A stretch of 64,000 bases of DNA from the human T2T-CHM13v2.0 reference genome, Homo sapiens, in the NCBI RefSeq assembly GCF_009914755.1, contig NC_060942.1; one strand, given 5' to 3'. The notes under the pieces were generated by a model. The model saw only the letters and a program-made list of their open reading frames with translations. It was not told where the DNA came from and searched no databases. Positions 56,351-64,000 of the stretch are shown here, one piece after another. The translations under genes and the position numbers were made by a program. The stretch's first letter is position 1. Every line of letters begins with the position of its first letter.

Positions 56351-57059
56351 TGGGAAGAAAAAAGGCAGGGAACTGATCCTGCCAGCCACTTAGCAAAGGG
56401 TGATTTCTCTCCTCCCTCATTCTCTGCCTCCCTTTTCCCTCTCTCCTCTCTTCTTTTTCATCTGTTTAAATCTGCACAGGCTCTCTTTTTGCCAACACAT
56501 CAGTTGAACACACACACTCATCCCCTGCACCCCACCCCCCACATTTTCATGTTTACTGTATCCTGAAAATTATTCTTTGTTAATCTTAAATGACTATATG
56601 TTAAAAGTATATTTTGAGTTTGGCTCATGACAAAAAAATATAAAAAATGACGCTTAAATTTAAGTCTCCAGGAAGATAGATCACAGAGCTCTCGATTTTA
56701 GTCACGAAACGTAAATAGAAGCATTTTATTTCCATCCTTCTGGGTTTTTTCACCAGGCAAACAGATAACCCTAACCTTAGATCCCTGGGGCCTATGGAGG
56801 GAAAAAAGGAATGGGAGAAGGAAGAAATGCAAAGTGATTTTGGCCTTTTAAATAGGACCCAAACCTACATTTTAAATAGCAGGTTGGTTATGAATTTGGT
56901 GAAATTAATCAATGTGGACTGATTTTCTTAAGGTTGAAAAATTCGAATATTGTGGATATCTTAATAAAAATACTAAGAGAAGAACGACTGTAATCTCAGA
57001 CACTGGAGTCTCTAGAGCATAGGAGGCTGCAGGGGGTCAGAGCCACCAGGGCAGTGTCT

Positions 57060-57271
57060 CCTGGGGAGCATCCCTGCCTGCCCACTCCAGTCACCTCCTA
57101 CTTCGGGGACAGTCCTGCCTGCCCACTCCAGCCACCTCCTACTTCGGGGACAGTCCTGCCTGCCCACTCCAGCCACCTCCTACTTCGGGGACAGTCCTGC
57201 CTGCCCACTCCATCCGCCTCCCACCTCGGGACAGTCCTGCCTGCCTGGTCCAGCCACCTCCCACCTCTGGG
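57060..57271. repeat. GC-rich minisatellite, 41-bp unit, about 5 copies
   Basis: Unit TACTTCGGGGACAGTCCTGCCTGCCCACTCCAGCCACCTCC starts at 57099, 57140 and 57181, with degenerate flanking copies. Confidence 0.95.
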
Positions 57272-59843
57272 AGCCAGATGTGGAAAAGGACTAAACACCC
57301 AGCCCTGTTTGATGCTTTTGTATCCACCACCTAACTTCTTTCCCTACTAACCAGAAGGCTTTCAGGTTTTCCTTGATCTCTTTGATAACTTTGATGATAT
57401 TACATGCTGAGGTCTAGGGACGTGTTCCCCAAACTTAGAAATCCACCACTCAATCCTGTGCCTGGTGGAATAGCGTTTGCTCTGGCACTCATCTGCCTTG
57501 GAAAGCCAGCACAGCAGCTCTGTCTCTCCGCAGCCCACAGCTTCTGTTTGGTGCTCTGTGGGTCTGCTGGTCCTGGGTCCCAGTACCGATACCCAAGGTC
57601 TCCCATGCTGTGGCCTCCGGAGCCCTCCCTGTGCCAGGGGAGTGGCAGCCAGGACGCATCACTGGGTGTCCAGTGCCAGGTGGGGGCAGGGGCAGGAGGG
57701 ACCCCCAGCCTGCCACCACATCTGCAGGTAGTGCCGCTTGAGTGACAGGTGTAGTGGATGCCACACCGGCTGCCAATATGTTATGAGACCATGGTAACAA
57801 TCGCTCATCTCCAGGGAGTGCGCCGCTTCCTTCTTCACTATCAGACTTGAAAGAAACAATTTCAGGTGCCAGAAAAGGATCTCTGATAAAAGAAAACATT
57901 TCAGCTTTCATGGTGCTGGAGTTTGCCCCGAAGCAGTAGCTTTGACATATATTTTTAAGTCTCTTTCTTTATGTTTACAATTAATCCATGATTATCTACA
58001 ATCTTTTGACCTATTGGGTGCTAGAAGATGGGTATTGGTTTCTTTCTTTCAAAACCATCCTTGTTTTTAGAAATTTTCTTGAGTATCACGTGTAGTGCCA
58101 TTTGCATAGTGTTTTACCACTTCCAAAGAATTTTCCGACAGGTAACCTAATTTTGGTTCACTTAATCCTCACTGCAAACATGAATGTGTAAGAATTACAA
58201 GATGATCTCTCTTCTGTAATGAATGATACTAAGTTTTATTCAAAGGGAACACTGAACACAAAATATTCCTTGAAACCTTCTTGACATCCTTTTGGTAAAA
58301 TTTTTATGCTACCCAACCCGTCAGTGGAAACTCTTGAAGAAATGGTGGGGTAGTTAGAACGACAGAGATATCTGAGGCTGTTTACTAATTTTTGATGGAG
58401 TAATGTCCACAATAACACATAAGGAAGATGTTAGCAGAATTCAAACAGCCCTGCCCCTTTTACCTTCCAAATCCTTTTTGCTGTTGGAATCTGCTTTACA
58501 TAGAAGAATTCACAACAAATAGAATGCACACTTAGGAAAAGCACCAGCTTTGTTTCAATTTTCTATTTCTTGGGGGTTTGAGATGTAACACAACACACAG
58601 GGGGGAGTTTATATGTATGCCTATGTGCGTATCCATATATTCTATATTGTACCTTCATTATATCATGCCTTTGTTCTTAATTTATTAAAATCAAAAGCCT
58701 CAAACTGTAGCAGCAAGGAAAGAACCCAGGAGTACTCACTAACGAGCAGGTGGATTTGGAAGACTGTGGTGTTGATCACAGCTCACACAGGGTGCAGGAT
58801 TAGACTGCAGGGAGCACCAAGCTCTCCCACTCCCGGGATGAGGGGAAGGTGGCCACACTTCCCAGGAGTGTGGCCGTAGGTAGATCACATCCCATCAGTT
58901 TCAGGACCTAACACGCCTCAGGCACGCTGCACCCAAGGTGATCACAGGAGCTAAGGGCAGGAGCAGGTGGGACACCATCATACTGCATACACTGTGGAAG
59001 ACTGTGTAAGGGAAGGTGTCCCCTCCACACAGAGGTTGACTGACTGCAAGGCCCCCTGGAAGAGGCAACCAAAGGAAGTGAAGTGGATGCAAGTTATCTC
59101 AGGCCCCTGGGAAAAGTGCCATAATACTCCATTTGAGCCATGGTTAGGAGAGAAGCAAAGTGCTTATATCTAGGGGGAAAAAGTCCCCAATTAGCTGAAC
59201 ACTAATCTCTTAATCTCTGAACTTCTTATTTTCAGCTCCAAAACTGGCATGTAACCAGATTAAATGTCTGTGACTCTTTACTTTGACTATTACTGGATCA
59301 AAACTGAATTGGGAGAAAAGTTTGATAAAGATGGACACAAGCCACCTCGATACCCTCCCTCTCTCCCCTCCCTGCAGGTGGAGCTTTGCTCTCCCCAGGC
59401 ATCAAGAGCCAGGTACACAGACACAATAAGGCCTCTAGGTGCTCCTTGCAAGGTATATAATGATTCATTTAATTAAGTGTCCCCAGAGAAATTAATTCTC
59501 CTCCTAGGCTTAGTTGGCTCCTGGGAGGATATTTTCCTCATTCTCACTCCTGGTAGAACTGGTCCAGCCCATTCACTGTTAGATTTTTAAAAACAAAAGC
59601 AGTTGAGTTTAGAAAGGTGGGAGGGACGGCGTGTTGGGAGGAGTGAGGACTAGGGCTCCTGCCTTTTCTTCCCCAGGACCACGCCCTGCACTGGCCAGCC
59701 CTGTGTCCCTGTTCCCAAAGAAGGGCTCATAAACAATCAGGCCAGAGACACTGCTGTACCAGGGTCTGGGCTACAAGTTTACTCTGCTTATCCCAAGATC
59801 GATTCCAACTAAACCTGGCTCTCTAGCTCTTCCCACACCCACA

Positions 59844-59847
<4 letters not shown>

Positions 59848-59914
<67 letters not shown>

Positions 59915-59920
59915 TTCTCT
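59848..59920. repeat. (CT)n microsatellite of about 30 units, in the tail position of an AluJ
   Basis: Seen directly. Confidence 0.97.
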
Positions 59921-60219
<299 letters not shown>

Positions 60220-60642
60220 TGAGCAGGTAGAGCCCAGGACATTGGGCTCCCTAGAAGACGAAACGGGGGCATTTTGGGATAAGGTTGGGCTTCCCTCAGA
60301 TGCCCCGTCATCTCCCACAGAAACGGCCTTGATTCGTGCTCCAGCTGGAGTCCAGTAAGGGGGCTCATGTTTTCTGTTCCAGCTTCATCCTGCCCCTTTG
60401 CTTCTTGGCCCTTTCTCCAGTTGGGGGCGAGAATACGTGGATTCCGTGTGTTGGCCTCCGTCCCCTCTGCCTGCCTGGCAGCCCCAGCTCCTTCTCCTTC
60501 ACTCTTGCCTCCTTGTCTTTTCGTGAGGCTCTCACTGAGATCTAGCCCTTCGGCAGACTTTCATTTAGCCTTACACTTATTGGAGTTAGAAAGGACTTAG
60601 AAAATTAAGAATAAAACTAACGTGTTTAAAAATCGGTTTTGT

Positions 60643-60982
<340 letters not shown>

Positions 60983-61019
60983 TCAATTTTGCTTCAAGAA
61001 CATTGCCTAATGGCAGCAG

Positions 61020-61135
61020 TCCGGGATAGTGAGGAAGAGCAGGCTGTTTAGGAACACATTTGACTCCAAAAGCTCCTGTGTGCCCCTGGGCAAGCGATTT
61101 CTCTGTGCCTCAGCTTCCCCATGTGCAAACTGGGG
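61020..61135 (+). mobile_element. MIR relic
   Basis: CTGTGTGCCCCTGGGCAAG...CTCTGTGCCTCAGCTTCCCCATGTGCAAACTGGGG, the MIR core. Confidence 0.7.
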
Positions 61136-61619
61136 CTGGCAGTAGCGACCGCTTCAGAGGGCCGACGGCAGCTCAAATCCCGGAGCAGCCCTGGGCCCTG
61201 ACGAAGGGAGGCTCTGCAGGCACCGCGTCTCTTCTTTTGGATGTTGGCTCTTCTGCTGGCATTGTGCTTAGATAAAGCATGGACAAGCACTGACACTGGC
61301 TGGGCAGACGGTGCTGGCAGAGTGCACCCGGCTCAGGCACGCTCAGATGGGGCTCACCCCATCATCCAGGCAAGCCTCCACATCCTACATGTTGAGTAGG
61401 TTCCATGTATTGATTCAGAAAGTTGTTACATACAGGAAATATATTATATATAGGGGAAACTGTCCTAATTTCTAAATGATACACGCTTCATATTTTTAGA
61501 TTTTTGTGACTTTACATCATTCTCTCCTCAGCTTGATTAATATGGCAAAAATCTAGTTTTGCACACCCTGTTGCTTTTATTTAATTAAAAGGGGGAGAAA
61601 TCATAATGTGCGAGTGAGC

Positions 61620-61671
61620 TTTCATTTTCTTTTTCTTTTTCTTTTTCTTTTTTTCTTTTTCTTTTTCTTTT
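61620..61671. repeat. (TTTTC/TTTTTC)n pyrimidine tract
   Basis: Seen directly. Confidence 0.85.
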
Positions 61672-64000
61672 ACTTGCTTACTCCTGCTGGAAACTTCCTC
61701 TTGCCAAGATCCACTTGGGAAATTTCCATTCCAGGAATTTTTTATGAAGTTGCAAGAGAAAAATTAGGTGATTTGAATAAGTTAACGTCATATTTGCTGC
61801 TTTGTAGATCACAATACAGAGCATAAGTAATAAATGCTATTCGACTTGTGGTTGATGCAATACTTCATTAGCTGAGATTTTGTAAAACGTTTACAGATCC
61901 TTAATCAAGAGGCCATACTGGAAGAACTTAACTGATAATAGGCATAGATATTTAAGTTGTACGCTAAATCAGTTTGTGGAAGGACACCAGACCCCATAAT
62001 GGAAAAAGGAAACTAGAGCATGGCATTATAAAAATACACAGCATTACCCCTGCACAGTTTGCAAAATTGGACTTATTACTCCAGAGTATTTCGGTTAGAC
62101 CCAAATAGAACATATTGAACCGATTTTCAAGGTTGAAAATACTGTACATTCATTCATCTTTGCAAATTTGACCACCCTGACTGCTGCTGATGGCCAATGG
62201 GCTTTCCTTTTCCTAGGAACAGGAAGGCATTCATTAAGCATCTCGGTTGGTATCACTTTCCTCTGTTTGTGCCACTCCTCCTGCAAGGCAGCTTCTACAC
62301 ACCTACTCTTTCAGGGGGGCCGGGGCCCCATCTGGTTTAGAGGGAGATTATCTCAGGAGAGGACCTTTTCGTCGGGGCTCTGTTGGAGGAGCAGCGTCAT
62401 CTTCCCCTGCATGGGGATTGCTTAAGCTCCCTGGCCTGGGAAGCCGCCGCCATCTGCTCAGTGCACCCACTGTAAGTGGATGGTCCAGGTGTGGACTGCC
62501 GGGCATGGACCCACGGGCACCTTGTGCTAGCCCCTCTTCCCTCCTATCCAGCAAGGGCACAGAAGTGAATCTACGTGCAGATGTAAGTGCCGCGTCCTCT
62601 GTCCCCAGAATGAGATAGAGAGCCTAGAGAGCCGGTAGAAGCCTAACCTGAGGTTTCCGTGACAACTATGGAAGCCTCCTGAAACTTCAGCACCCCTACC
62701 AACTCCCTCTCAGAACCTCCAGGTTGCCAAAAAATATGCAGTACTGAAACGGCAGCTGAAGGAAAGGCAGGAACCATGTGCTCTAAGACAGGGACCCTTG
62801 AGCTTCTCCCCCAGGTGAGACGGGATTCTGGGAAGCTGATAGTGTTTCGACCTCGCCAGGCGTCACGGGTTATTGATAATGCTGCTGAACATAGGGCCGA
62901 ATGGCTAGAATGCCCTGAGATGCTGCAATTTAACTCACCCAAGAATCTAAATGCAAATCAGCCCTATTCACCAGTACATGCCAAGAGCACATCTATGGTT
63001 ATAAATGCTTCGGCTCTCCCTTTTTCTTATCTCGGGGATGTCAGTTTTCAGGTTCAGCCCTCGTGGAGAATGCATCTTCTATTCCCACCCTGTTCAGGCG
63101 GTCGGAAGGGACTGCTTTCTCCCAGGGGAAAATGGCTCCTGCAGCACAGCCAGACTCCTGGGGTGCATGGAATGGAGCAGTTTAAGCAATAAAAGAACCA
63201 TAGCAAAAGCTGGAGGGATCACCCACTTCAAAACTGTGGAACAAAAGCAGGGGGTTTCCCCCCGACTCCTGCAGCTCCAGATGATACCTTAGCTTTTCTG
63301 GCTCCTCCTTTCTTCCCTCCTGTCTTCACCATCTATCCTTAGGGATGGAGCTTCTTTTTGTTGATCATCCCCTTTCCCTCTCATTCGCTCCACCTCCCTC
63401 CAGTCCGCATCAACACGCCTCCTGTCCAGTTTTATGTTACTGTCTTCCAACTAACCAGGCAGCCATGCTTCTAAAGATGGGCAGATTTATAGAAAGAAAT
63501 AAAAGCAATCCAAAGGATAATAACAAACAGATTGGGGAGCCGAGGGAGTTATTAGGAAGCAAACCCGGGCAGGGCTGTGTGCAGGTCCCTGCACTTCGCT
63601 CCCGCTCTCCTCTCCATGCGAATGCTGGGGGCTCCTGTTCTTCCTCTTTCCCCCTCTCTTCTTTTATTTTGATTATTTTTCCTTTTCAAAACAAAAATAG
63701 AAAGAAAATAACCCACAAAACAGAGCTTCAGTGTATATGTTTGTTCATGTTTTAGAGGAGAAAAGAAAAAAAAAAAAAACCCAGGGCATTGTGTGAGAGA
63801 AAACTGCTCTGCCGCGAATCGGCAAGGGTTTATTATTCCGAGCAGCACTCCATCAACTGTGGCCCCATGAACGGAGAGTAATGCTGGCGAAGCGTCCTGG
63901 GGGCTTTTTTTCTGTGTGTGAGTGGTATCCATCTGTCAGCTGTCAATGCCAGTGAGAGATATACAGGGCTGTCACTTCTCGTCAACCAGCATTTGTGAAG

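Noticed and set aside
57060-57271. CRISPR-like array (also considered for 30374-30620)
   Set aside because: The units are contiguous with no unique spacers, there are no cas genes, and the context is eukaryotic. These are minisatellites.

Overview
This is primate (very probably human or another catarrhine) non-coding genomic DNA. It is AT-rich and dominated by interspersed repeats: 11 Alus (J, S and Y types, most with readable target-site duplications), several old LINE-1 blocks, a complete THE1 (MaLR) provirus, solo LTRs (MLT1A, MLT1C, MER52, MLT2), a Tigger4a/MER46-type DNA-transposon MITE, L2 and MIR relics, two GC-rich minisatellites and several microsatellites. I can support no intact protein-coding gene, RNA gene or CRISPR array. 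The supplied ORFs are chance ORFs or read through repeats. I found no new biological system. The more interesting observations are local: a multiply nested L1/L1/Alu/THE1 block, a perfect 19-bp fold-back at the THE1 5' LTR boundary, a decayed ERVL-like protease remnant, a minisatellite seeded inside an MLT1C LTR, a CpG-rich patch in an ancient L1, and a few repeat-free segments that look like enhancers or a CTCF site. Subfamily names are from recognition of consensus sequences by eye, and the boundaries of old repeats are approximate.
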